A DNA stretch of 64,000 nucleotides from Nitrospirota bacterium (GTDB lineage: Bacteria; Nitrospirota; UBA9217). Of this stretch, positions 41,618-52,488 are shown piece by piece. Every line of letters starts with the position of its first letter. Position 1 is the first letter of the stretch. The notes under the pieces were generated by a model. That model was not told the DNA's origin. It made no database searches and saw only the letters and a list, made by a program, of their open reading frames with translations. Both the position numbers and the translations under genes were made by a program. The stretch lies in NCBI GenBank assembly GCA_963737155.1, contig CAVTRN010000002.1, positions 32,001 through 96,000 on the forward strand, read 5' to 3'.

Positions 41618-42096
41618 GTTGATCTTCACCATAAACTTCCTCCCGTTCGATGCTGAATAATAAATCATACGGCTGAACTTGAAGCAACCGAAAAGGAAAA
41701 CGAATACCGTTCGAAACATGGTATTGAAGAATCTCAATCTGCGACGTTAATTTCACAAGTACATTCGCGCCACAACTTCCCCAAAGTTTCACGTGAGGTA
41801 CGGCAAGCCCTGCAAGCTGCTGACGTAATCCATCACATTAAATGGAGGACGATAGTAATCTGTGGGCGCCCTAATGCTGAACAGATCAAAATCGCCGGGA
41901 TCTGGAGGTTCTTGAGGTTCCATAGTGTGATTTGATATCTAGCCTCGCGGAAGCCTGTATTTATGCTTGAGAAAAACAAGCAATCGACACTTTTTTTACA
42001 TTTCCGACTGAGGCAAAACAAATCAATTCGCTGCGTCTCCCAACAACACCTGAAGAGCTACCCGCAATAAGTTGTAGTATTGACATTATTGACTAA

Positions 42097-42215
42097 AATA
42101 AAAAAGCCGAGCAGATCGAAAGAATTTATCCTTCGGCAGCTCGGCTGTCTTGGTCTTATAAGACCCGTGGCTTTCCGTCCCCCTCTCGCGAAGGGTTTGG
42201 CTTTTATCGGGGTTT
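42097..42215 (-). ncRNA. Cyclic di-GMP-I (GEMM) riboswitch with overlapping intrinsic terminator
   Basis: cgataaaagccaaacccttc-gcga-gagggggacggaaagccacgggtc...gacagccgagctgccgaa, then gctcggct + U-run complementary to agccgagc. Confidence 0.9.
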
Positions 42216-42523
42216 ATCTATTAACGGACAGTGGGGGATAAGTAATTACAATATAGCAGAGATCAAGTGTGAGCGCAGATAATAAATGGGGTATTTTGAG
42301 GGCATCTCATGAAATGATTAAAAAAGTGGCAGGCGTAAATGACATGATTACGAGATGAAGATTTGATGTTTCAACTGATTGCAACTTCAACAAGTGCAGG
42401 AAGGAACCCGCGATATTCTATATGAACCAAAATTCTTTTCTTCATCCGGAACATATTAAGCCTCAACGATAAAGACAACTCAGCTGATTCCACTCGTAGA
42501 GTTATTATTTGTTAGTATGGTAA

Positions 42524-42780
42524 TTACGACATTCTAGCATCAAAAACAAAAGGCAAGGGGTCACTGATACAGATTTTCTTAAAATCGCGGTGAGCAGGGT
42601 TAAGCACATAGTTCCAGCTTCTTGGAACGAGAACAGAAGGGACCTTTAAAACAGCAGTGCCAGCCTTTACCCAGTTAGAACGGATATCTTTTGTCGAATC
42701 TTGCGGCGGCTCTCTGGTCCAGTCATCGGGGAGATCAGATGCTTTCAGCTTTTTAAAATTGATATTCCCGAGAGCGTCCC
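42524..42780 (-). pseudogene. RES-domain toxin C-terminal remnant
   Basis: LPDDW..P...W...AVLKVPSVLVP..NYVLNPAH.DF...FDAR. Confidence 0.8.
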
Positions 42781-42941
42781 CATGAGCAAACGTTAACAAA
42801 TTCCAGTATGAAGTGTTGACTGTTGCATAGTATAGAAACACTAAAGATTCAGACGAAGCTATCAATAATCACGGATTGTAAAATGCACATGAGTGAACGG
42901 GCGAGGGACAAGGCGGCTTAGACAAAGAAAAGATCACGACG

Positions 42942-43382
42942 CTACGTCGGAGATCCCGGATCACGATCAATATGCGCTGCCCGATGTACGAGTCGCCATC
43001 CCTCTGGCATCTTGCGCCACTGGTCGCGATATATCCCGGAAACCGTTGGTAGCGGTCCAGCCTCGGCGACACACTGATGAGTAATAAGAACCATCGTTCG
43101 TGTGACCGCTGAATCCGATGTCAGCTTGTCAAACAGAATGCCGGATTGGTAGTGTCTGCTGGTGAATCGTCCACTGCGATCTTGCAGTCGCTGCGTAGCC
43201 CATTCGCGAATCTCACTTCTCGATTGCAGTCGGACCGAGGGTCTGGCCTTTCCAGGGACGAAGATCTCGAACACACCGTTCTCGACGAACAGATGGGCAA
43301 AGCCATCGACGTCCTGGCTGTCGTACGTATACGAGTACTGAGCGATCATCTCGTGTATGGAGAGCTTGTCCTCGATGCTCAT
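42942..43382 (-). CDS. SnoaL/NTF2-like protein
   Basis: DKLSIHEMIAQYSYTYD..F..DG-like start; GIYRD..RK..GWR. Confidence 0.85.
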   Translation of the reverse strand: MSIEDKLSIHEMIAQYSYTYDSQDVDGFAHLFVENGVFEIFVPGKARPSVRLQSRSEIREWATQRLQDRSGRFTSRHYQSGILFDKLTSDSAVTRTMVLITHQCVAEAGPLPTVSGIYRDQWRKMPEGWRLVHRAAHIDRDPGSPT

Positions 43383-43949
43383 CGTTGTTCTCTCATGAAG
43401 ACACTTGCGGCTGAGGCGTTATGATTCTGCCAGACTTTATTAGGGACGGAATGGACCCCGAAAATGAAACATGGGGGCCTGAAAATACCTTACGAATATT
43501 TTATGATTTTAGGCTCACGGGAGCGCTCTGTCAAATAATATCTTCAAAGTCACGGCCCTCCACCAATCCTCAGGAAAGATTATGGAGGAGCGTATCCCGT
43601 GTCGTAGTCTTTGACTCTCCATGATGGACTCGAACAAACAAACCTTATGTGATTAATTCCCGATGTATCCATTAAGTCTAGAGTATGTGCATGATTCAGG
43701 CAGTAAGGTTGAATTAATAATTCAAATGGAATTATTCACTCGCTTTGCGATTCCGGTTCCCTGAGGTCCTACAAGCTTACTGTGCTGTTGACAAAATTAC
43801 TATACCTACTAGTGGTTGACAGTCGCATATTGCCGGCTGCGGTTTCCGTATGAAGTATGGCTGAAATGAAGACAGCCTGACAGAAGAAGGAAAGACACAG
43901 GAACGACCGCCCCGGTGGTGGTAGCTCGAATTGATTGTGAAGCAGCAAA

Positions 43950-44600
43950 TCATTTTACCCGAATACCTTCGATCAGCAAGTAGACATCATGCTTTAGATA
44001 ACGCATCCCCGTCACTTTCAGGTTGGGATTGCTCTGGACATGCGTGAGTGTCTGCCGGTCGAATCGCGCGCCGTACACCTTTTCAACGAAGGGTGTGAAT
44101 AGATTTTGCCGTCTCCTCAATTTGGGTCTCTCTGAATATTTCATCTCCAGCAGTCGAAAACCACCGCCTGGCTTCAGCACGCGGCCGAACTCCGCAATCG
44201 CTTGGTTCTGCAATTCCTCGGGCAGGACGCAGCAGAGAAAGAACGCCACCACCCAGTCATATCCGTTCGACGAAATGGACTCCATCCTGCAGGCGTCTTC
44301 ATGGACGAATCGGACCGTACAGGATGCTTCTCCACACCGTTTCGACGCTTTCTTTAGCATAGCGGGACTGAAGTCCACGGCGGTCAGGTTCACTCCGGGC
44401 CGGTAATATTTGAGGTTTCGACCGGTCCCGATTCCTGCTTCCAGGACCTCGCCGTTCAGGTCGCCCAAAATCCCCGGCCTCCATCTGCGGTATTGGAACT
44501 CCCAGGGGAAATCCAGTATGTCGTAGAACCAAGCTGTGACGGCGTACCGCTTCTGATTCAGCAGGTTCAGTTCGTGCATATTGAGTTCTTTCAGATTCAT
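43950..44600 (-). CDS. Class I SAM-dependent methyltransferase
   Basis: VLEAGIGTGRN, VDFSPAML, RVLKPGG. Confidence 0.92.
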   Translation of the reverse strand: MNLKELNMHELNLLNQKRYAVTAWFYDILDFPWEFQYRRWRPGILGDLNGEVLEAGIGTGRNLKYYRPGVNLTAVDFSPAMLKKASKRCGEASCTVRFVHEDACRMESISSNGYDWVVAFFLCCVLPEELQNQAIAEFGRVLKPGGGFRLLEMKYSERPKLRRRQNLFTPFVEKVYGARFDRQTLTHVQSNPNLKVTGMRYLKHDVYLLIEGIRVK

Positions 44601-44628
44601 CAGTACACTCTTTGATCTCTAACAGATC

Positions 44629-45462
44629 CTACTTTGCTGTACCCTTGAGAATGCTGCCGATATCTTTATCATCGTATTGTTCTCTTCTCCAACGGTAAGG
44701 CATATCGATTATCATACCCGGTTCTTGTATCGTGTACAGAGCCCGCAATGCTTCTGCCAACACCACGCGCTGCTGTGACATATTAAATGGCTCGCCGAAG
44801 GGATGACCGAACGGCCATCTGAGAAATATGGTCCTCGGCGGCTTTACCTTTTCTGAATATTCCCGTACGATCGATACGCCGATCGTGGGGATTCCCGCCT
44901 TCTCTATTTCCCGCTGTATCAATCCCACGGATTGGTTGCAGATGCCTCATCCCGGTGTCAACAGAACGATATCGACATTGTCGTTTTTGAGACTCCTGGC
45001 GACTTCAGGTGCGTTTTTACTGATGAGCGTAGGGATGTGCCTGCCTATTATGTGCCCCATGAAACTGTAATGAAAGTCCGCAACACGACCGATGTGTCCT
45101 TCCTTTTCTAATTCCTTGAGCCTTTCTACGGGGAAAACGATGTTGATGTCTCTATCGGCATCAGCATGATCATAGTAGTCGTGGGTGATCATCAGACTCG
45201 AAAGTGGCCTTCTGAGATCGATAATCCTGTATGACGGGTCGCCCTCGCGGTCTTCCATATTGAAGGGTTCCTGATCTATGTGATGAACACCTGCCGTTGT
45301 CACGATTGCTATCGAGGATTTATCGAGGGCCTTTGCCACCGGGGCCCAGGGGATATCAAGAGATTTGCACGGGTCGTAGGAGGCGATAAATCTCTTTGCG
45401 AGCGACGGGAAAAGAGTAATTATCTTCGCAATTAATTTATTTTTTAATCTGCCAATGTTCAT
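44629..45462 (-). CDS. Selenoprotein of PrdB/GrdB (reductase selenoprotein B) family, UxxC motif (UGA at 44947-44949)
   Basis: IAIVTTAGVH, D.N..FP..RL..L..EG.IG, VLLTPG-UGA-GICNQSVGLIQREIEKAGIPT, PPR; both ORFs in the same frame. Confidence 0.92.
44914..44941 (-). promoter_or_regulatory. Bacterial SECIS-like hairpin
   Basis: ctg..caatcc-gtg-ggattg..cag just downstream of the UGA. Confidence 0.72.
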
Positions 45463-45966
45463 CAGACATTCGTAATCTTACGAGTTAGTTGATGATTGAT
45501 TTTCCTGACGATAGTTATATCACGTGATCGGAGCTTCTATCTGGATGTGCAGCCGGTGGATAGGGTAAGCACTTGTCTGCCTTTAACCTGCGTATTTCTC
45601 CGATGATGAAGCACTCCCTGCTTGGAATATCATCAACGTGATAAAAGAAAAAGCCGAGATGTTCCCGATTTTTCATCGGGAATACCCTTATGAGCGTTGC
45701 TTCACTACTGATTCCTGATCGCTTCCTCGAGTTGGTCCCGTGACACATCACAACCCCGGAGCACGACTCTTCCGTCGATCTCTCTGGATGGAAACGTCGG
45801 CATTGACACCATATCAAGAAGACCGAAGCTGGTCTTCTTCAGGATTTCCACTTCAAAAGAAGGTCTTCTTTAGTTCCGCGGCCGCGGCGCTGATCTGTTT
45901 CCACCTTCCCCCCCTTGGGGGCCGTTAAAATAGAGACGAATTCGCATTGGGCGTCGGGCTAGATCC

Positions 45967-46212
45967 TTATGCTCGCTTGATGAGGCGCAAGATGAAAATG
46001 AGCACTATCGCGCCGATGGTTGCTACGATAATGGCGCCGAGTAGGCCCCCACCCAAGGATACACCAAAGGCGCGAAACAGAAAACCTCCAAGCAATGCGC
46101 CTACTACGCCCACGACGATGTCGCCGATGACGCCGAAGCCGCCGCCCTTCATAAGCTGTCCTGCTAGCCACCCAGCCACCAAGCCAACCAAGATGAACCA
46201 GAAAAATTCCAT
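45967..46212 (-). CDS. GlsB/YeaQ/YmgE-family stress membrane protein
   Basis: GLVAGWLAG..MKGGGFG..DIVVGVVGA..GG..ATIGA. Confidence 0.92.
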   Translation of the reverse strand: MEFFWFILVGLVAGWLAGQLMKGGGFGVIGDIVVGVVGALLGGFLFRAFGVSLGGGLLGAIIVATIGAIVLIFILRLIKRA

Positions 46213-46484
46213 GATTTTACCCCTCCTACAAAAGACCCATTTATACGGACCGCTTCACGGAAATGAGGTTCAACCAGTTATTAAATACTTACGGGGCTAT
46301 GATATAACTTTGCTTCCCGTTCGGTGCTACCCAAGGCGAATATTTACATGTCTATCGAAAATCCTTGCCCTTCGTATTATTACTAGCATACGGTTTCCGA
46401 TATTAGCAATCCCCTGTCAATATTCCGCCGGAAGTACCACGTATATTAATCAAATTATATCATACCTGGCCTGTCAAAACAGAC

Positions 46485-47936
46485 TCAGGGTTGTCGTACA
46501 GCACCGTTATAAAAGACCTCGCATTTGCCGCCTCGAAAGAAACGTATTGCCTTTCTGTAAAGATGGGTGAATTGGCCTGCAAGGGACTCTGTTGCGCTAA
46601 CTGCGCTGACCGTGGGGCTTCCGAGGGGACCGCTGATGCTTTGTTCCATATTTGCGCATCCCTTGTCATCGAGAAGCGCCACGGTTACATTATCATATCG
46701 TTCGGTGACAAGGTTGAGCTTGCCTTTAAGTGCGACCCGATTATGGCTCGTCGCAAGGGCGCAGTCCGTAGCGTCCGCAATACCGTCCTTAATCTTCCAA
46801 TGCGAGATGAACTGCGTAATCGTGCCTTGCCCTCCCCGGGTCTGGTAGTAAACGTCTCCGAACCGGTACGTCTTGAGCGCAGCAGTATTGATGATCGGGC
46901 CAAGCGGGCCAACGATGAAGAAAGCGCCGAGGTCGACCAGGTGGAACTCCTGGCTCGATTTATACGATAAGAGGACCTTGTCGAGATCCATAGTATAAAT
47001 GACGAGATTGTCACCCCGTAAAGAAATAGTACCGTTTATACCGTTGATCAGAACGCGACTTCCCTTCTGGCTCATCGTCAAGGAGGCAGAAAGATCACTC
47101 TTTCCGCCGATCACCTTTTTTATTCCGAAAGACTCCTCAAGTTTTGCAAAGTCCAGTGTCAACACTTTCAAATTGAGTTTATACACAGTATCGACTCCTG
47201 ACAAATCTATCGTGGCATCTCCTTCACCCTTCCCGCCGAAGATATCCATGGTAAGGTGCATGAGGCGGATTACTCCATTCTCCGCTTTTAGAGAACTCTT
47301 GACGTTATTGATTTTGAGGTCCTTTTTCCACACCTCCTTGCAGCCCAGGTTTCCCGTAAATAAGACCTTCGTTGTAATATTGTCTTTTGCGGAAATGTCT
47401 ATCGAGAGGTCCTTAATAGCCAGACTGATTTCTTTCAACTCGGTCTTTTCACCCGTTTTCTTGTCAAGATAGACCAGTGTCCCCTGGGACAGCCTGAGTT
47501 CCTTCAAACTGAAAGCTCCCGTCACCCCTCCTTCTGCTGATTTATTTTCAGCACTTTCGAAATTATATTTCCCCTCGTTGTCTTTCACGATGGAGATAGT
47601 CGGCTTGACAAGCTCGCAACTGGTGACCTTGAGTTTCTTCGCAAATAGGGGGATTATCTCAACCCCCATCTTGAGTTTTTTGATGGTAAGAATCGCGCCT
47701 TCATTGTTGGCGACACGGATATCATCAGCCGACACACTAAAGGGAAAGAAAGAGAGCCCCATCTTCCCATTGATCTTAACATTGAGGCCGGTCGCCTGTG
47801 ACGCAGCAGTTTCGATGCGGTGCTTGTAAGAGTTAATGTTGAATAATAAGACGGCGGCAATTGCAGCGATTACAATCAGGACGACGACGCCCGCGATCAA
47901 CAGAATTTTATTCCTTTCCGCTACCATGGCTTTCAC
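46485..47936 (-). CDS. AsmA family protein
   Basis: N-terminal TM, NINSYKHRIE..ATG..V.ING..GLSFFP, beta-rich body. Confidence 0.85.
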   Translation of the reverse strand: MKAMVAERNKILLIAGVVVLIVIAAIAAVLLFNINSYKHRIETAASQATGLNVKINGKMGLSFFPFSVSADDIRVANNEGAILTIKKLKMGVEIIPLFAKKLKVTSCELVKPTISIVKDNEGKYNFESAENKSAEGGVTGAFSLKELRLSQGTLVYLDKKTGEKTELKEISLAIKDLSIDISAKDNITTKVLFTGNLGCKEVWKKDLKINNVKSSLKAENGVIRLMHLTMDIFGGKGEGDATIDLSGVDTVYKLNLKVLTLDFAKLEESFGIKKVIGGKSDLSASLTMSQKGSRVLINGINGTISLRGDNLVIYTMDLDKVLLSYKSSQEFHLVDLGAFFIVGPLGPIINTAALKTYRFGDVYYQTRGGQGTITQFISHWKIKDGIADATDCALATSHNRVALKGKLNLVTERYDNVTVALLDDKGCANMEQSISGPLGSPTVSAVSATESLAGQFTHLYRKAIRFFRGGKCEVFYNGAVRQP

Positions 47937-48449
47937 TCCGTGATAAACTCGTAATTACTTTAATTATACTAATATTTTTTTGCTGTGTAAATTCATGCTC
48001 AAAGAATGAGCTTCGGGATGTTTGAAGCGGTACTGAACAAGGCGAATAACAATTTCCGTCAGGAGTTTTATTCAACATTATTTGACTACACTTGATGAGT
48101 ATTAAACATATGGAAACTTCAACAGATACTGAATGAAATGTTTGTTGTTACGAAGAATAGGAACAACACAACTTCAGGATGCAGGTGTGTTGTTGTCTTG
48201 ATATAGGAAAAACAGGATTACAGTCTGAAATTAACGTCAAGGAAATAGGCAAAAAATGTGCATAGTGTCGCCAAACGATCTTCGGGTCTGCAACTCGAAG
48301 GTCATTATTTATTCCAACGAAGAAATAAGAGCTCATAATCATGTGATTTGCGGGGATGGCGAGGCGCAATTTCGGTTGGAACCGATACTATCGTTGGCCG
48401 ACTACAAGAACGGGAAATTAAATTGAATATAGTTTATATTGATGATAAA

Positions 48450-49217
48450 ATGCAAAATATGAACAATTTATATCTATGGCTAACGCTGATTTTCGGACAC
48501 TGGCAAAATTGGCTCATCGGTGCAGGAGTCGGCGGTGCTGTTGTTTTTATCCTTTATAAATTAGAACTTTTGCAGGGTGAGTATATACCTAAGTTTTGGT
48601 ACGTCATGATGTTTATTTTTTTATTTCTGCTTGCTTCATCTTTTTGGGTATGGAAATATGAACATAACGCGTATATGCATGCAAAACAGGATTTAGCCAT
48701 TGCACAAGATAAGAATACAGTCAAGTTGACGGGGAAAATTACCAACGTAATCATCTCCCCTTTAGATATAAGAGGGTATTGGTATGTTTTATTCTTCGTG
48801 TCAATGAGGAATGAGGGAGCGGATACCGTGGTAAAAGATTATCGGGCGGAAGTTTCTACTGACGGACAACTTATTGATCTTCAATTCGTGCCTATTCCTG
48901 ATATCTCTGCTAAGGGCTTGGTTATTGGCGGTAGAGCATATTACCCCATGCATTCAATTTATATAGCTACGCAAAATACTTTAAAAAAAGGCGATGAAAA
49001 GAATGGTGTTATTTTATTTGGGTTTAAAGGCAAGACTGAATTTCAGGGTCTTAACCCAAAGTGGATTATATCTTTCAGTGACTATTTAGGGAAACGCTAT
49101 GAAATCACCTATACTGATAAAGCAGCCCAATCCCCATTCATATTTAAAAAGGACCCATTTCCTGATGTATTAAGCCCAAATACCAACATCACAGGCTCAA
49201 CTCTTAAAGAAAGATAA
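48450..49217 (+). CDS. Hypothetical membrane protein (AT-rich)
   Basis: Two N-terminal TMs plus soluble domain; start uncertain. Confidence 0.6.
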   Translation: MQNMNNLYLWLTLIFGHWQNWLIGAGVGGAVVFILYKLELLQGEYIPKFWYVMMFIFLFLLASSFWVWKYEHNAYMHAKQDLAIAQDKNTVKLTGKITNVIISPLDIRGYWYVLFFVSMRNEGADTVVKDYRAEVSTDGQLIDLQFVPIPDISAKGLVIGGRAYYPMHSIYIATQNTLKKGDEKNGVILFGFKGKTEFQGLNPKWIISFSDYLGKRYEITYTDKAAQSPFIFKKDPFPDVLSPNTNITGSTLKER

Positions 49218-49514
49218 ATACAAAAACTTGACTGGTCCATTAAATTCAAGGTTTACTCAATCGTCCAGGATGAAATAGTGATGTTTAGAAGATACGCAAC
49301 AACAAATGTTACAGTATGCCCGATACTTTGGGGATTTAGGTTCTCAGAGTGCATTGATACCGATAGGATGGTTTGTATATTCCAACCAGCGGCTACCCTC
49401 TAGCATCAAACCGCCCCGCGTGTCAGCCTAATGTCCCTAAGTCACAACCGGTAATCCACAAAATTTTCGACCAGCCGCCCATCTCCTTCCTGCGATACAG
49501 CGACCCGCTAAGAC

Positions 49515-50285
49515 TCAATTGCTAAGGAGAATATACTGATTCAGCAGCTCGACTTTTCCAAGATCATAGTTGAAAGGTCGAATGCGGGTAATTTGATATA
49601 CTGGGTTAATCCTCTTTTGAAGTTCAGCGAGTACGGGCATTGGCACGAGAAAATGGTTCAAGATCACCTTGGCTGGAGATACAGATATCTTGTTGTCGTG
49701 GACCTCTAAGCGAAGCGCAGCATAACCTTTGAGCCGGTTATCTATTATGAACTTTTCAACGAGTTTTCTATCCTTAATGGGAATCGTATTGACCGGAATG
49801 TCAAACTCTAATTCAATGAAGGGGGGTGTGAATTTTATCAAAAATTTGTCGTAATGAAAGTTTAGTCTCTTCGCTGTCTTTTCAAATTCGTTCTTTATCG
49901 TTTGTTCCGAGACCAACATCCCGATCTTAAAATCCGAGTAGGAATTAATTGCAAAAATGTTCGATTTTTTTAAAGTTACGAAATCGATTTGAGGATTGGT
50001 ATATTGCACGGTCACGTAGTCGGCCGGTAAAATGTTTTTTGGCATTGACACGAATTTGATGAGCAAAGACTCCAACTTCCCGCCTTTATCTGTTTCCCTT
50101 TTCGTTTTAATCTCCACTCTTTCACATGTTACGGTCTTTCTTAATGCTTTCTCAATTTCACTATCAAGAGGTTCACGGGAATACAACAGATTGGGTGTAG
50201 CCAATAAAAGGCCGATTACAGACAATAAGACCATAATCAAATGAGTAAAGGCATGCTTGGTTTTATCTTTGAACGAGTTTGCCAT
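49515..50285 (-). CDS. Hypothetical exported protein
   Basis: N-terminal hydrophobic segment; overlaps upstream gene. Confidence 0.7.
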   Translation of the reverse strand: MANSFKDKTKHAFTHLIMVLLSVIGLLLATPNLLYSREPLDSEIEKALRKTVTCERVEIKTKRETDKGGKLESLLIKFVSMPKNILPADYVTVQYTNPQIDFVTLKKSNIFAINSYSDFKIGMLVSEQTIKNEFEKTAKRLNFHYDKFLIKFTPPFIELEFDIPVNTIPIKDRKLVEKFIIDNRLKGYAALRLEVHDNKISVSPAKVILNHFLVPMPVLAELQKRINPVYQITRIRPFNYDLGKVELLNQYILLSN

Positions 50286-50667
50286 TCTCAATGTATAATT
50301 CCTTTGCATTATAGAGCTCAGGGTTCGGGACGCTGATGCGGTAGCAACTGGCACTTCCACTATCGTACAGGGTGTACAGGTAAGCTTTTCCGCTCACCGG
50401 ATCGTTGCCAACATGATCAAGGAACGCAGGCTGGAGAAGTTCTAATTTCCGAGGATACTCCATGTTTATGACGAAATAAGCCTCTACGGCCTTTGAAAGG
50501 TTCTGCAAATCCGACAGAACTCTTTCTCGTGAGGTAGCGTAAATCTGTTTCGGCGGTTCATAATTACTTACGCCTCCTCTCCAGTAAAGGACAGCGACAT
50601 AACCAATGAGTGCCACAGTGATCACAATAAGTATATAAGTGAGCAAGCGGAATTTGTTCTTTCGCAT
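50263..50667 (-). CDS. Hypothetical pseudopilin-like membrane-anchored protein
   Basis: TM, then DLQNLSKAVEAY...YP..LE.L.P..L....DP.SG..Y.Y resembling GspG-type cores. Confidence 0.6.
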   Translation of the reverse strand: MRKNKFRLLTYILIVITVALIGYVAVLYWRGGVSNYEPPKQIYATSRERVLSDLQNLSKAVEAYFVINMEYPRKLELLQPAFLDHVGNDPVSGKAYLYTLYDSGSASCYRISVPNPELYNAKELYIENGKLVQR

Positions 50668-51268
50668 AGTCAGGTTTCTTTTCCGTTAGTTTTTAACCTG
50701 TAGCCGAATCAAGGCCGAGGGGTTATATTTGTTGCTATCAATGTGAGGCGATACAATCTTCTTTGCGGGATCAGAGGACATTCTTCCTTCAAACTTCAGC
50801 GTTCTTCTGTTCAAAGTGGTTGATAAGTTTTTGTATTATACCAAAATAAGCTTTCAGTTTCCACGTAATTAATAGGCACTCTTCTGGAAAACTGATTGTA
50901 CAGCGGGTTGTAATTCGCTCAACCTGCAAAAATTCATGCTTGAGGAATTTCGGTCACTTCCAACGGGAATTATCCTCCGTGATGTTTAACATGAGGTATT
51001 GATCAACACATGAAGGTCGGGAGTGTGACTTTCAGGAAGGAAAACTCGACCTATGTTTCAAGAAAAAACTGTTAATATTCATATTGAAAATCGGTATCGG
51101 ATTCACCTACAATCATGCAGTAGTGTTGACTAAATTTCAATGCATAATACTACATGGAAATTGTAAATGAACTGCTCGGCTGAGAGGGGCAGTTTTATCG
51201 ACCCTCTCAAACCGAACAGTTAGAATCGTCATCGGGTTTCACTCGTTCTCCCCGACCTGCCCGCTGAA

Positions 51269-51714
51269 TCATCTTAAACATAACTCCATATACTTTGTTG
51301 TTAGCCCTGGGCTAAACCGGGATGGTTCGATATGTTTGAACCCCAAACGTTTGTAGCGTCCTATGGCAGACTTTATGCGTCTAGAGTATCCGGCCTTTTT
51401 TTCATATCCCGAATTTCTTGCTTCTTGAATCAGTGCGATGCACAATTTTCGGCCTATATCCTTATTCTTGAATTGGTCATAGACATATAGACGCTTCATC
51501 TCACAAACAGTGGGATCAAGCATTCTCAGACCTACGCCACCCGCAAGCTCGTCTTCGTGCCATGCGAGAAACAAAAGACCGTTCGGAGGGTCATACATTG
51601 AAATATATGATAATTCCTTCTCGATACATACTGAAACGATAGATCAACGTTGAGCCGGCGAACGTAGTCTTTCACTAGCTTGCTTGGCAAGAAGAAAATC
51701 AGAATCTTTTTCAT
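51269..51714 (-). pseudogene. GNAT acetyltransferase with frameshifts
   Basis: LNVDLSFQ / YDPPNG..GGVGLR..CEMKRLYV..GRKL. Confidence 0.8.
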
Positions 51715-51936
51715 AAGGTATTATTACACGCATTTTTTTAATCCATTAAAAAGCTGTCAGAAAAACAGGACTATAGCACAGGAGTAGCGAGTTATCAATA
51801 CGTGGACGAAAAGTAGTACTGACAAAATCGCAGACATTATCTCCAACTGAATCATACTTTTATCCCATTGACATTAACAAATATTTGCGCTTTCTTTAAA
51901 TTATAAGAAGTTTTATTTCAAATAGGGAGAATTGCT

Positions 51937-52488
51937 ATGGCAAAACAAGAAGGCAAAAGAGATTTTCAAGCGATCATGGAAATATACAGGAAAGTGGGTA
52001 CTCCGAGCGAGCCTCATAAACGGCTGGCGAAACTGGAGGGAAGTTGGATAACTAGGACCAGGGGCTGGATGGAGCCTGACAAGCCGTCGATAGACTCGAC
52101 CGGCACGTGCGATCAGAAGCTGGTCCTTGATGGGCATTACCTGCAGCAGGTCTATACGGGTGATATGATGGGACTCCCATTCTCCGGCATCAACCTCTTG
52201 GGATATAATAACCATACCGGGAAGTATGAGTCGGTTTGGCTCGATTCAATGAGCACGGCCATATACTATTTCGAGGGGACCGCAAGCGCGGATGGAAAGA
52301 CCATTACGCAGGAATGCAGATATGACGACCCGGTAAGGGGCCCTTCCGTCTGGCGCAGTGTGACCAGGATCAAAGACGACAATACCCTGGAGTTCGAGAT
52401 GTTCATTGCCCCTAAGAGAGGCAAGGAAGAAAAGATGATGGAAATGACGGTTTCACGAAAGGAAGCCGTCGCACGGAAGGCAGCATAA
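51937..52488 (+). CDS. DUF1579-like protein
   Basis: PSEPHKRLAKLEGSW..GMPF-like..GYNN..KYESVWLDSMST. Confidence 0.8.
   Translation: MAKQEGKRDFQAIMEIYRKVGTPSEPHKRLAKLEGSWITRTRGWMEPDKPSIDSTGTCDQKLVLDGHYLQQVYTGDMMGLPFSGINLLGYNNHTGKYESVWLDSMSTAIYYFEGTASADGKTITQECRYDDPVRGPSVWRSVTRIKDDNTLEFEMFIAPKRGKEEKMMEMTVSRKEAVARKAA

Larger units (their letters stand above)
38544..41632 (-). pseudogene. PAS-PAS sensor histidine kinase interrupted by IS256 in its first codons
   Basis: YSVSHDLRAPL, NLFDNAWKF, GTGIGL; removing the IS and one TSD restores RBS ggagg + ATG(41632) MVKINGEGVKRI..., 518 aa. Confidence 0.88.
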
